A stretch of 64,000 nucleotides of DNA from Hemiscyllium ocellatum (taxonomy: Eukaryota), in the NCBI RefSeq assembly GCF_020745735.1, contig NC_083404.1, positions 37,385,731 to 37,449,730 of the forward strand. The letters run 5' to 3'. Positions 35,006 through 48,160 of this stretch are shown here, piece after piece. The notes below the pieces were generated by a model, which was given only the letters and a program-made list of their open reading frames with translations, did no database searches and was not told where the DNA came from. Each line of letters begins with the position of its first letter. The first letter of the stretch is position 1. Made by a program: the position numbers and the translations under genes.

Positions 35006-35429
35006 TCCTATTTCTTCCAAGTGGTTTTCAACATGGAGGAAGGAAAACTGCTTCATCAACTGTGGGGCCAGTAAGTGAAACCAGCATGAGGTTTCTTTGG
35101 TCATGTTTGTCCTAATGCCATGAGACATCTTTGGTTCCCAAATCAATATTGGAGACTCCCATAAAATTCCTTCCTGACCACATATCACTGTACTGACACG
35201 TATAGTAACTCTGCACTGATAGTAAGGCAGAACATATCCAGGGCTGGTGATATTTGTATCAGGACATTATCTACAAGTTATGATTCTGTGAGTATATATG
35301 ACAGTGTTAGGCTGTTCTTTACTAGTCCATTGGCCAGCTCTCCCAAATTTAGCACAAATTGCCAAGTGTTAGTAAGGAAGATTTTGCAAATTGCTTCAAT
35401 AGTATATGAGCTTAGTTATACTGCACCTA

Positions 35430-35930
35430 GAGAACTGTGCTTTGGTCTCCTCATCTCAGAAAAGATATTTTTGCCATAGAAAGAGTGCAATGAATGTTCA
35501 CCATTACTCGTTACCAAGATGGTAACTGTCTATGAAAAGAGATTGCACAAACTGTACCTGTACTCTCTAAAGACGCTCTCATTGAAACCTACAAAATGGT
35601 TAAAGGGATAAAAAGGGTAGATAGAGATAAGATGTTTTCCCTGGCTGGGGAGTCTGGAATCAGCAGTGACAATTTTAAAAAAAGGGGAGGATAGCATTTA
35701 GGACTGAGGTGAATTTTCTTTTACTCAGAAATTGGTGAAGCTTTGGCCTTCTCTACCCTAGAAGGTTATGGAAGCTTAGTTCTTCAGCATTTTTGATGTT
35801 GATATACATTTGACTATCTTTGATGTAAAAGGTCATGGGGATAATGTATTGTCTGTTATCAATGCATTGAAATATTCGACCAGCCATAATTGTATTAAAT
35901 AGCAGAGCAGCATACACCTGTTCCTATGAC
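35430..35930 (+). mobile_element. Old CR1-type 3' fragment
   Basis: Decayed LI.TYK...G.DR.D..FP motif and tail. Confidence 0.55.
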
Positions 35931-36711
35931 ATTGTGAAAGGGCCAAATTTACTGTTGCCATGTCTGGTGCCTAAGCCAAAACTGGGTGATTCATTGGTTT
36001 CATTCCTTTTCTGTAGAGATTTCAGAAGCACAGAATTGTCATGATGCAGCAGTAGTCCATTTGGTTCATTGTTCTCTGACCACTTTGATATAGTGTCACT
36101 GTTCTGCCTGTTCCCCATAACCCTACAGATTATTATTATTTAAATAATTATCTAATTGATGATTTCCAGCAGCCATGGTATTTTGCTTTTGTTACCTCAG
36201 CCCATCCAATTAGAAAGAAACAGTTAATGTTTCATTTCTGATATGAATCTTCTTCAGGAAACATTAATTCAATTCATCTCTCCACAAATGTTACCAAATA
36301 GTCTGAGGTAATGGCCTCTGCTGCTCATATTTCATATTTCAATGAAATGTAAAGCTGACCAAACCACTGGATCTGAAGCTCCAACCCTCAATGAAGCTGA
36401 GGCAGTTTGCATCGCAAAATAGTGTCTACCCAATGGTGTTTAGGGAGGACAACCAGATTACGCAGTAAGTATGAGTTAGAAATGATAACATCCAGATGAG
36501 CCTTTGGATGTTAATAAAGCAGGGAAAGAACCATTATTTTGAAGAAATTTTGACAGGGAAGGGAGAGAAGTCTAAATAGATAATTTGCAACCTAACACAC
36601 CATGTTTTTGTTGAAGAAAGAAATGGATTTCACTTGTTAATATTTTAAGAAAGATGTGGGAAGCAAGCAATAAAAAGACCAATGCAGATGAGATCCCACT
36701 GACATCCCAAG

Positions 36712-39352
36712 AGATAGAACATAGAACATAGAACAGTACAGCACAGAACAGGCCCTTCAGCCCACAATGTTGTGCCGACCATTGATCCTCATGTAATGTA
36801 CAAACCCTCAAATTTCTGTGACCATTTGCATGTCCAGCAGTCTCTTAAATATCCCCAATGACCTCGCTTCCACAACTGCTGCTGGCAACGCATTCCATGC
36901 TCTCACAACTCTCTGCGTAAAGAACCCGCCTCTGACATCCCCTCTATACTTTCTGCCAAACAGTATAAAACTATGACCCCCCATGTTAACAATTTCTGCC
37001 CTGGGAAAAAGTCTCTGGCTATCAGCTCTATCTATGCCTCTCATTATCTTGTATACCTCAATTAGGTCGCCTCTCTTACTTCTTTTTCCAATGAAAAATG
37101 TCCGAGCTCAGTCAACCTCTCTTCGTAAGATAAGCCCTCCATTCCAGGTAGCATCCTGGTAAACCTCCTCTGAACCCTCTCTAAAGCATCCACATCTTTC
37201 CTATAATAGGGCAACCAGAACTGGACACAGTATTCCAAGAGCGGTCTAACCAAGTTTTATAGAGCTGCAACAAGATCTCACGGCTCTTAAACTCAATTCC
37301 CCTGTTAATGAAAGCCAAAACACCATATGCTTTCTTAAAAACCCTGTCCACTTGGATGGCAATTTTAAGGGACCTATATACCTGCACACCAAGATCCCGC
37401 TGTTCCTCCACACTGCCAAGAATCCTATCCTTAATCCTGTACTCAATTTTCAAATTCGACCTTCCAAAATGCATCACTTCACATTTATCCAGGTTGAACT
37501 CCATCTGCCACCTCTCAGCCCATCTCTGCATCCTGTCAATGTCACGCTGCAGCCTACAAAGGTCCTCTATACTGTCAACAGCACCTCCAACCTTTGTGTC
37601 GTCTGCAAACTTGCTAACCCCTCTTTCAATCTCCTCATCCAAGTCATTAATAAAAAATACAAAGAATAAAGGCCCAAGAACAGAGCCCGGTGGAACACCA
37701 CTCACCATTGACTTCCAGGCAGAATACTTTCCTTCCACTATCACTCGCTGTCTTCTGTGGACCAGCCAATTCTGTATCCAGACAGCTAAATTTCCCTGTA
37801 TCCCATTCCTCCTGACCTTCTGAACGAGCCTACCATGGGGAACTTTATCAAATGCCTTGTTGAAGTCCATACAACAACACATCTACCACTCGACCCTCAT
37901 CAACTTGTCTAGGAACATCCTCAAAGAACTCAATAAGATTTGTGAGGCATGACCTGCCCCTCACACAGCCGTGCTGACTGCATTTAATCAAGCCATGCTC
38001 TTCCAGATGGTCATAAATCCTATCCCTCAGAATCCTTTCTAACACCTTGCAGACGACAGACGTGAGACTGACTGGTCTGTAATTGCCGGGGATTTCCATA
38101 TTTCTTTTCTTGAAGAGAGGAATTACATTTGCCTCCCTCCATTCCTCAGGCACGACTCTGGTGGAGAGCGAGGATGCAAAGATCTTCGCAAGCGGTGAAG
38201 CAATCACATTTCTCGCTTCCCAAAGCAGCCGAGGACAAATCTGGTCTGGCTCTGGTGACTTGTCAATCTTAATGTTTGTCAAAATTTTCAGCACATCAGC
38301 TTCCTCAATCTCTATTCGTTCCAGCATGCTTACCTGCTCCTCAATGGTTTCATTCACTACAAGGTCCTTTTCTTTAGTAAAGACAGAAGCAAAAAACTCA
38401 TTTAGGATTCCCCTACCTCCTCAGACTGTATACACAAGTTCCCTATGCTATCCCTGATCGGCCCTACTCTTTCATTGATCATTCTTTTATTCCTCACATA
38501 CGTGTAACATGCCTTTGGATTCTCCCTAATCCTTCCTGCCAAGCCTTTTTCATGCCCCCTCCTGGCTCTCCTCAGACCACTTTTGAGCTCCTTCCTCACC
38601 TGCCTGTAATCCTCTAGAGCTGAGCAAGACCCTTGCTTCCTCCACCTTACGTAAGCTGCCTTCTTTCTTTGGACGAGAAGCTCCTCCGCTCTCGTCATCC
38701 AAGGATCCTTTATCTTACCCCTTCTTGCCTGTCTCAGAGGAACACATTTATGCATCACTCACAACAACTGTTCCCTAAACAGTCTCCACGTCTATAGTGC
38801 CCATTCCATGCAACAATTGCTCCCAGTCCATGCTTCCCAACTCATGTCTGATGGCATCATAGTTTCCTTTTCCCCAATTAAATATCCTCCCATTGTGCCT
38901 GCTTCTCTCCTTCTCCATAGCTATGTAGAATGTGAGGCAGTTGTGGTCACTATCACCAAAATGCTCTCCCACCGCAAGATCTGACATCTGCCCCGGCTCG
39001 TTTCCGAGCACCAAGTCTAGAATGGCCTCTCCCCTCATCGGCCTGTCAACGTACTGAGTTAGGAAACCCTCCTGAACACACCTTACAAAAACAGCTCCTT
39101 CCAACCCATCTGCTCGAAGGAGGTTCCAATCAATATTGGGAAAGTTAAAGTCACCCATTACAACAACCCTACTACATTCACATTTTTCCAAAATCTGCCG
39201 ACCTATGCTTTCTTCAATCTCCCTGCTGCTATTGGGGGGCCTGAAGTAAACCCCTAATGAGGTGACTGCTCCCTTACTGTTCCTAATTTCCACCCATACT
39301 GACTCAGTAGGCAGACCCTCCTCGACAATGGCAACTTCTGTAACTGTGATAC
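36712..39352 (-). mobile_element. CR1-type LINE ORF2 (APE plus RT), frameshifted, with an (ATAGAAC)n 3' tail
   Basis: ORFs 38775-39455 (GVYFRPP, GDFNFP, LDLVLGNE, SDHN), 37848-38357 and 37181-37882. Confidence 0.93.
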
Positions 39353-39854
39353 CCTGTTGTGGTTCTGTTCGCTGAGCTGGAAGTCCCCGTTGCAAACGCT
39401 TCGCCCCCCGGCCAGGCGACACCACCAGCTGTGCCTTACATTTGTATATAGGCATAAAGATATTTAAATTTGTGGAAGGTGGGGTGAGAAAGACACCAAA
39501 ATACGGGTAATGAATGTGATCATAAATTCAATCAGAAATTCAGGAGAAACTTGAGTGATGAGAATGTGAAATGTGCTGCTATAGGAAATGTATGAGGGGG
39601 TGCATTTAAAGGAAAATATTCTTATAAACATGAGAAAGAAAGGAATAGGATGATATGCTGATGGGTGAAATGAAGAGGGGCTGGTGGCTTCATACACAAT
39701 GGCAAGGACTAGTGTGGTTCTATGGGGCTTGTTTAGGCTGCTTATTGTTTAATACATTAACACAATGTGAATGTTGCCAGTAAAGCTGGCAGGTTTGCAC
39801 ACTCCTAATTGCCTTTGAGGAAGTGATGCTCACCACTTTCTTGATCCCATTCCA

Positions 39855-39945
39855 CAGCTACCTGATGAAGGAGCAGTGCTCCAAAAGCTAGTGCTTCCAA
39901 ATAAACCTGTTGGAATATAATCTGGTGTTGTGTGATTTTCAACCT
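39855..39945 (+). mobile_element. Second Penelope-like pLTR family fragment with a hammerhead-like core (G12 mutated to A)
   Basis: TAC-CTGATGA-A-GGAGC agt GCTCC-AAAA-GCTA-GTG at 39859-39893. Confidence 0.65.
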
Positions 39946-40026
39946 TCTTGAACAACTGAGTGTCTCGTTGAAAGTCAATCACATTGCTTTGAGGCTGGTG
40001 TTACTAATATGTCACTAAAGTACATT

Positions 40027-41590
40027 AGAGTCATAGAGTCATAGAGATGTACAGCATGGAAACCAACCCTTTGGTCCAACCTGTCCATGCCGACCAGATA
40101 TCCCAACTCAATCTAGTCCCACCTGCCAGCACCCAGCCCATATCCCTCCAAACCCTTCCTATTCATATACCCATCCAAATGCCTCTTAAATGTTGCAACT
40201 GTACCAGCCTCCACTACTTCCTCTGGCAGCACATTCCATATACATACCTCCTTCTGTGTGAAGAGGTTGCCCCTTATGTTTCTTTTATATCTTTCCCCTC
40301 TCACCCTAAACTTATGCCCTCTAGTTCAAGACTGCCCCATCCCACGGAAAAGACTTTGCCTATTTACCTGATCCATGCCCCTCATAATTTTGTAAATCCC
40401 TATAAGGTCATCCCTCAGCCTCCGACGCTCCAGGGAAAACAGCCCCAGCCTATTCAGCCTCTCTCTTTAGCTCAAATCCTCCAACCCTGAAAGCATCCTT
40501 GTAAATATGTTCTGAACCATTTCAAGTTTCACAACATATTTCCGATAGGAAGGAGACCAGAATTGCATGCAATATTCCAACAGTGGCCTAACCAATGTCC
40601 TGTATAGCTGCAACATGACCTCTCAACTCCTGTACTCAATGTTCTGACCAATAAAGGAAAGTATACCAAAACTTCTTCTTCACTATCCTATCTACCTGTG
40701 ACACCACGTTCAAGGAGCTATGAACCTGCACTCCAAGGTCTCTTTGTTCAGCAACACTCTCTAGGACCTTACCATTAAGTGCATAAGTCCTGCTAAGGTT
40801 TGCTTTCCCAAAAATGCAGCACCTCACATTTATCTGAATTAAACTCCATCTGCCACTTCTCAGCCCATTGGCCCATCTGGTCAAGATCCTGTTGTAATCT
40901 GAGGTAACCCTCTTCGCTGTCCACTACACCTCCAACTTTGGTGTCATATGCAAACTTACTAACTGTATCTCTTATGCTCGCATCCAAATCATTTATGTAA
41001 ATGACAAAAAGTAGAGGGCCCAGCACCGAGCCTTGTGGCACTCCATTGGTCACAGGCCTCTAGTCTGAAAAACAACCCTCCAACACCACCCTCTATCTTC
41101 TACCTTTGAGCCAGTTCTGTATCCAAATGGCTAGTTCTCCCTGTCTTCTGTGAGATCTAACCTTGCTAATCAATCTCCCATGGGAAACCTTGTCGAACGC
41201 CTTACTGAAGTCCATATAGATCACATCTACCGCTCTGCCTTCATCAATCCTCTTTGTTACTTCCTCAAAAAACTCAATCAAGTTTGATTTGAGTTCATGA
41301 TTTCCCACGCACAAAACCATGTTGACTATCCCTAATCAGTCCTTGCCTTTCCAAATACATGTACATCCTGTCCCTCAGGATTCCCTCCAACAACTTGCCC
41401 ATCACCGACGTCAGGCTCACTGGTCTATAGTTCTCTGGCTTCTCCTTACCACCCTTCTTAAACAGTAGCACCACATTAGCCAACCTCCAGTCTTCCAGCA
41501 CCTCACCTGTGACTATCGATGATACAAATATCTCAGCAAGAGGCCCAGCAATCACTTCTCTAGCTTCCCACAGAGTTCTAGGGTACATTA
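40027..41590 (-). mobile_element. CR1-type LINE, 5'-truncated
   Basis: RT ORF fragments between 40636 and 41636. Confidence 0.9.
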
Positions 41591-42514
41591 ATGAATTACT
41601 TGTGTTTTTACAACAGTTTGATGTTTTCAAAGTCATTGTAATGATGATACTATTTTATTTAAGATTTATTTAATTACTTGAATTTATATCTCCCATTCAC
41701 TCACCCTTCCTCCACCCTGTTGCCAAGGTGAGATTTGAACTTCCTGTCAGTGACTTACAGTGCAGTAGCATAATCACTATGCTACTGTACTCAGTGTAAG
41801 ATCGTGCTTGACACTCCATAGGGATTAGCAAGGACACAGCAATGATTGTACAGCGAGCTCTGGGCAAAGTGTGGTTCTTGAAAGGCAATAAGAGCAGAGC
41901 ATTGTTATTAATCACTACAGGCTCCAGACTTCATCACAACCTCTTTCTGTCAAGTCAGCTGCAAGCTTCTTTGACAGACTGCCTGCTTGTGTTTCTCTGC
42001 ATGTCTGACTAAACACCACAGAAGCTTACGAGCTTGAAGCCCAAACCGAGTACTCAAAACAGCAGAACATTTTTATTTACTGTTGACTTAATTCTAATAA
42101 GAGAAAATATAATGTATTTAGTGGATTTCCACAGGTGTCTTCAATTTCTTGACCACTGATTCAGAGACTAATGCAAATTTTAAAATGAAGATAAATTTTC
42201 TGCAAAATCTTTTGTCACGAGAAACTTTGGGTGAAGGATGAATATGCCTGTAATGGGAATGGACACCATTAGTTTTTCAAAATTTGAATTTTCCATCCAA
42301 TAAATGGAAGAAGATTTAGCTGTATAGAAAATGTTCCAGTCTGTGCATTATCCCCACTAACAACAAAAAAGGTGATATTAGAATGAGAATGTAAAATTTA
42401 TTGTATATCTTCTGTGATCTCTTTCTGATTTAATGTATGGTTTCCATGGTTCTGAGTCAGAAGGCTGTTTTTTGCAAGATCTACTGCAGGCTTTAAGGCT
42501 GAATTTTTGTTACA

Positions 42515-42772
42515 GTATCAAGGGGATGCAGCCTAATAGCTTTAAGTTAAGGGGAAGTAGATGTCAGACAGATGTTAGGGGTAGATTCTTTACTCAGCGA
42601 GTCGTGAGTTCATGGAATGCCCTGGTGGTGGTGGACTCTCCCTCTTTATGGGCATTTAAACGGGCATTGGATAGGCATATAGTGGGTTGGTGTAGGTTAG
42701 GTGGCTTGGGTCAGCACAACATCAAGGGCCAAAGGGCCTGTACTCTGCTGTATTTTTCTATGTTCTATGTTC
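42515..42772 (+). mobile_element. CR1 3' fragment
   Basis: Same subfamily as 17330-18058. Confidence 0.8.
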
Positions 42773-45700
42773 TAGCAGGGGTGCCCTCTGTCAGATAAGG
42801 TATGCCCTCTCAGACATAAAACTATCCAATGACATTTTTACAGGAAGAAAAACATGTTCTTTGTGGGTGAATATTATCCCTCAACCAATATCTAAAATGG
42901 ATGACTTGATCACTTACATCATTACCATTTATAGGGATTTGCTGCGAATAAAAATGGCTGTCCTGTTTCCCTACCATCACAACAGAGATTTCACTTCAAA
43001 TACTTACTCGTTTGTAAAAAGCTCTGATGTCCTGAGGATGTAACAGGAATTATATTAATTCAACATTCAAAACAAGTATTAATTTGAACAATTTGGGTAT
43101 TGCATAAAATATTTAGTGCTTTCCATGTTTAAAAAAAGCCTCAAAAGGTGTAGGAACTGCTGGACTCTAATTTGTTTATTTATTGGAAGAAACCAAAAAG
43201 AGTTTTTGGGGATTCCATTATTTCATCTGCTTGCTGCTATGAATGCTGCACAAACTTCTCAACTTTTGAGTCATTACTCTCTCTCATTTCCACTCTCACT
43301 TTTAAAATGTTGCTGTATTGTGTTTCCTGCCATCTCACATGACATGTTGTGAGACTTAGCTCAGCTTTTGCACGAGGCCAGCTTTACAGAGACAAACAAG
43401 GAATACCAATCTGATTTCTGCCAATGTCATTGGATGGGTAAAACAATGCCCTTCCCCTCACCCTATCCCTTTCACTACTTCCTGATCTTTGGCAGATATG
43501 AAAATCACTGCAATGTCTTATCCTCTAGGTTTGTTTTGAGAACCAAACTTAACTGTTACATTAAATTGTTCTATTATTTTTTGGCTTAATTAGGGAGGCT
43601 TTTCTAAGGTAATTATTTCAATGCTGCATAGTCAAATTCAAGCCCTGTTGAGTTTTGAACATTTGTGTCTTGCTGAATTTTTTGCCACCTCTAAAATCTA
43701 ACCCGTCAATAAATTGGACTGAGAAGCTTTAATCTATAAACATTGGTCAAGGATTGCAGTGTTTTTATTCTGTAGAAGGGGATGCGAAAATTTGATCAGC
43801 ATCTCCAATGATTTGGGGTCAGTTGTCAAGCTGGGTGCATTAACTTATTGTGAAGGGAAGAACAAAATAGAAAATGCTGGAAATACTGTACTCAACAGTT
43901 CTAATGAAAAATCATTGATCGGAAACTTTAACTCTGTTTCATTTTTCACAGGTTCCAGTTTCTGAGTATTTTAAAAGTATTCTTTTTTTTAATTTCCAAT
44001 TTCCAACATCTGCTATATCTTGTTTTCCTACAAGGAGACTCAGTTTTCTACGTAGAAATGTATGTGAACACATGATAATTATCAGAAAAAAAAACACTTA
44101 ATTGAAAGATAGAAACAAAATATTAGCCTCTCTTTTCACTTGTAAAACTTTTTGCTTTTATTAAATGTCCATAGTACCAGCTGCATAGTCAGCGGTGTTT
44201 GAGACTGCGACTATCTCACAGCAAACATTAAAATGACAAAGTTAATCGTTCTGAAAGAGCATGTCTATTTTTGTATCACAACACTCCTAGATCTGATTTA
44301 TTTGGTTATCTTGAACACCATGATCTGATTCATGTATTTGTGTATTCCGTGGGTTTGATTTATTTAATTTTCTGTATGTATTCAGATATGATTTATTTAT
44401 TGCAATATATGCTTACATCCACAACTTACAGGAAATTTACATCATTATGAATACATGCTCACATATCAAATTCTATTTTTTTCTTGTGATGGAATCTGTA
44501 GTTTCAAAATGTGTATTTTTTTTAGACATCATAATTTTAAAAAGGAATTTCAATAAAGGAAATTGACTCCTTATAAGAAACTGAATGGGATCCAAAGTGT
44601 CCAGGGAGACTAAAACTCAGTGAAATATGTAAAAGAAAATAGTTAACTGTAAGCTCAGAAGTTGATGAGTCCAGTGATGTAGTATAGGCAAGTCAAAGAA
44701 TTCAAAGGCCTGATCCAGATTAAAACAAGCAAATGCACTGTTGCTGCATTTGACTTGAAGATAGCATTTAGACCTACAATCAAGATGAGGAGGTTCTGCA
44801 AAAGGAGAACCATTTTTGATGAAGGACATACCCATGGAACTCAGATTAGTATTGCCCTGCTATTGGCTGGGAGTTACGCTAGAAGAAGAGGAGCTAAAAT
44901 TCTTTGTTAGAAAGAATGGATTTTGAAGGACTTTCTAACTGAGTTTGAATATCTATATACTGGGTAAACTACTTAGTCAATTCTTAAGATCAGCCTTAGT
45001 TGTGTCTACTACTTAATTACCTATTTATACTTTGTAATCGAGTGCCATTGCCAGACAAATCATGTTCAACTACTCCTGAATTTAGGTTTAAGGGATTCAG
45101 TGATTAACTAAGTTAGTACTTAGTGTTTGCTTTTGTTTTTGACTCTTACATAAGTAAAACTCTGTTATTTTAACCCATTGAATTGTGTGGCATCATTCTG
45201 CTAATAAATCATGAGAATTTTAGATTTCTTCAACTTAAAAGAAATGTTATATGATGCTTGAGCTCATAACACTAATTAAATGAATGTTTAAAATTTCAAC
45301 CAAGCCTCTGGTAGAATCTTCTCAGGTCCTGAATGATGTGGGCTATAATGTGAAGTTTGGAAAAGTCCCATGAGAAGTCCTGCAAAGCCATTTTCAACAT
45401 CAGGAGCAACAAGTCAAATTTCCCAACTAAATTCCAGACATTAGGATGTAATTCTCATTAATGAGTGGTGAAAGGCCTACCAAGAGGGATTGTCGTTCAA
45501 TATTACCCTCATTGCTATCTAAATCCAGCTCTTCAGGTTTACTCAGGCTTTTTCTTTCAACTGTCCAATTACTTTGGACTGAAAAGGTAACTATAATTTT
45601 GTTACGAAGAAATAGCATTGAGTAATTGCAATACAGATAGAGGCCATTCAGCCATCAAAGTAATTTTTTAAAAAAATTCTTACACAGTTATGAAAATGGT

Positions 45701-45777
45701 CATGACTTCCTACTCTCAAGGAAACTAGATAAGGCAGGTTTTTCAATTTATCCTCATTCACCCCAAAGCTTAAAGAT

Positions 45778-45940
45778 GGGAGAGTCAAAAGTGTGGTGCT
45801 GGAAAAGCACAGCAGTTCAGGCACATCCAAGGAGCAGGAGAATCGACATTTCAGGCAAAAGCCCTTCATCAGGAACGCTGTGCATTCCAGCACTACACTC
45901 TCGACTCTGATCTCCAACATCTGCAGTCCTCACTTTCTCC
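45778..45940 (-). mobile_element. Penelope-like pLTR hairpin element with a hammerhead core
   Basis: Imperfect inverted arms around GTTC-CTGATGA-A-GGGC tttt GCCT-GAAA-TGTC (45841-45876); flanking near-direct repeat cttaaagatggg / cttaaaggtggg. Confidence 0.75.
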
Positions 45941-46639
45941 TTAAAGGTGGGAGATCGGAGGCATTTTTAAAATAAAAAAAACTTGCATTAACAAAGGTTG
46001 GAGTTTTCATATTTGGTTGTGATTCAATTGAAACACAAAGATAATGCAAAACTCAAGCCATTTTGGTATCATGGAGTGGAAAATATTGCATTGCACTAAC
46101 ACTAAATATACAGTATGACTGGACATGTGTCAGGAAGCTGCCCAGTATCATTACTCACTTTATTTAACTGGTAGCACAGAGAAAGTTCTTGATATATTGA
46201 CCGTTTAGAATAAATATACTCCCTTCTATACTTTCTACTTTAGTTAACTGCAAGAAATGAGTGAGGAAAACTCTGAATAGGCAGCACACAGGATCATTTA
46301 ATTTCCATTTAAAGTTGAAATCTAGCCCAGCACTCACTTTCCTGGAGAACAAGAGAGTATTAACTGCTTAGTTTGAACATACAAGAGCCTTTTATTAAAG
46401 AGAATATTAGACACATGTTTTCAGTTGAGATTATATGTAAAATGATGCAAAATAATCATGCATCACTTAATGTGAACTTAATACAAAATGAATTTCAAAT
46501 TGAACATATTTTTCTTTTTAAAACTGTTTATCCAACAAATGTAAGTAGAAATTTCTAAATTAGTTGCTCATTCAGTACTTGGCACTACCCTCCTTAGCAC
46601 TGAACATGGAGTGCAGTCTTCTGGGCAAAGAAAGTAAGA

Positions 46640-48160
46640 AGCCAAAAAGGGTGGCACTGGAAAAGCACAACCGGTCAGGCAGCGTCCAAGCACCAGGGGA
46701 ATCGTTACTTTGGGCATGAGACATTCATCAGGATTGTGTTTATCATGGAGATGGGTGTTCTAGCAGTGAATGCAGTGGTGATAGTTCTGGCAATGATTGT
46801 AGATATGGTGGTAGTTCTGGCAGTGATTGCAGAAGCAGTATGGCTGGCAGACGCTGTGGTGAGGTCGGCAGCAGGGCAGAAGTGATGTTCTTGGTGGCAT
46901 TCACTGAAACAGTGTCCTCGGTGATGGCTGCAGAGGCAACAGGGTCAGCAGTGCTTAGGTAAGTGGTGGTGTTTGTGGGGTTGGAAGTAGCGTGTTCAGC
47001 AGCAACCATGGGGGTAGAAGTGAAGTCCTTGGTGGTGTTCGCATAAGCATTACTGTCAATAGGGACGGCATGGTTATCATTGGTGTTCTGGTGAGTGACA
47101 TCAATTGAGGTGGAAGTAGCATTGGCAGTATCAACCATAGGGGTGGAAGTGAAGTCCTTGGTGGTGTTCGCGTAAGCATTGCTGTCAATAGAGATAGCAT
47201 GATTGTCGTTGGTGTTCTGGTCAGTGATGTCAATGGGGGCTGAAGTAGCATTGGCAGTATCAACCACGGTGGCAGAAGTGATGTGGTGGACAGTGTTCAT
47301 GGAAATACTGGCTGCATTCACGGAGGTGGCAGTTTCGGTAGCGATCGCAGAGGCAGTATGGTTGGCAGTGGCTGCAGTGAGTTCAGCAGTGGAAACAGAA
47401 GTGATGTAATGATTTGCGGTGGTGGTGGCAGTAGCACCCACATGGAAAATGGCATTCCAACTGGGTTCCAGAGGACGGGGTTAGTGTCTGGAGTTGTTGA
47501 GGATTCCCGGGGTTGAAGGTAAGCACGTGAGAGTTGGTATATTTACATTCTTTAATGTCTGATGAGTTGGAGAAAAAGCATTTGTTGAATGTGTGGATCC
47601 TTCTCAGGATGAAGAACAACAGAGGTCCTTTGCAAGTCTGGGAGAATGTTGTCGCGAGCTGGGTGGAGTTGACTGCAAGGAGAGTAGGTGGCAATCCATG
47701 GCTGAAAGCATGGAGTGGAGGATCCAGAGGGAGAACCATTTCTGGGGGCTTTCGATTTGCTGTAGTTAACAGTAATCCTGGTTAGGTCCAAATTGCAATG
47801 GTCTGCATGTGGTCTGGAGTCCAATGGGGAAATAAGTTGATTGCGTAGGCAGATACTGATGAAGGACACATGGCTGTTGGAGGATGGCTGCTTCAGGACG
47901 TGATTGAAGAGCTTCAGGGCAGAGGAGATAAAACGGGGGCTGCAGTGGGAGAGAGGCTCATTGAGATCATTGTGAAGTGAGGAGGAGAACTTTTTCAAGG
48001 TGGGCATCCTTGGAAGAGGCTTCGCAGTAATGTTACAGCACCTAGGAGATATTGGTGAGCCAGAGTCAAAAAGGGTGGCACTGGAAAAGCACACCAAGTC
48101 AGGCAGCGTCTGAGGAGCAGGAAAGTCAACGTCTTGGGCATAAGCTCTTCATCAAGTAAG
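46640..48160 (-). mobile_element. Internally deleted Penelope-like element: pLTR, N-terminal ORF remnant, Thr/Ala-rich linker, pLTR
   Basis: Two direct-orientation pLTR copies (46640-46735, 48058-48158). The reverse frame SHVSFISICLRNQLISP resembles the PLE N-terminal H..FL..C....LIP.GL motif. No RT or endonuclease motifs were seen inside. Confidence 0.6.
47004..47266 (-). repeat. 129-bp tandem duplication (2 copies; 43-aa unit in the Thr-rich ORF)
   Basis: Unit VDTANATS...NAYANTTKDFTSTPM occurs twice; aaccat at 47004 and 47133. Confidence 0.9.

Noticed and set aside
46743-47441. 232-aa Thr-rich ORF as a mucin-like host gene
   Set aside because: No signal peptide or splice context; it lies inside a pLTR-bounded Penelope-like remnant, and low-complexity sequence stays open by composition.
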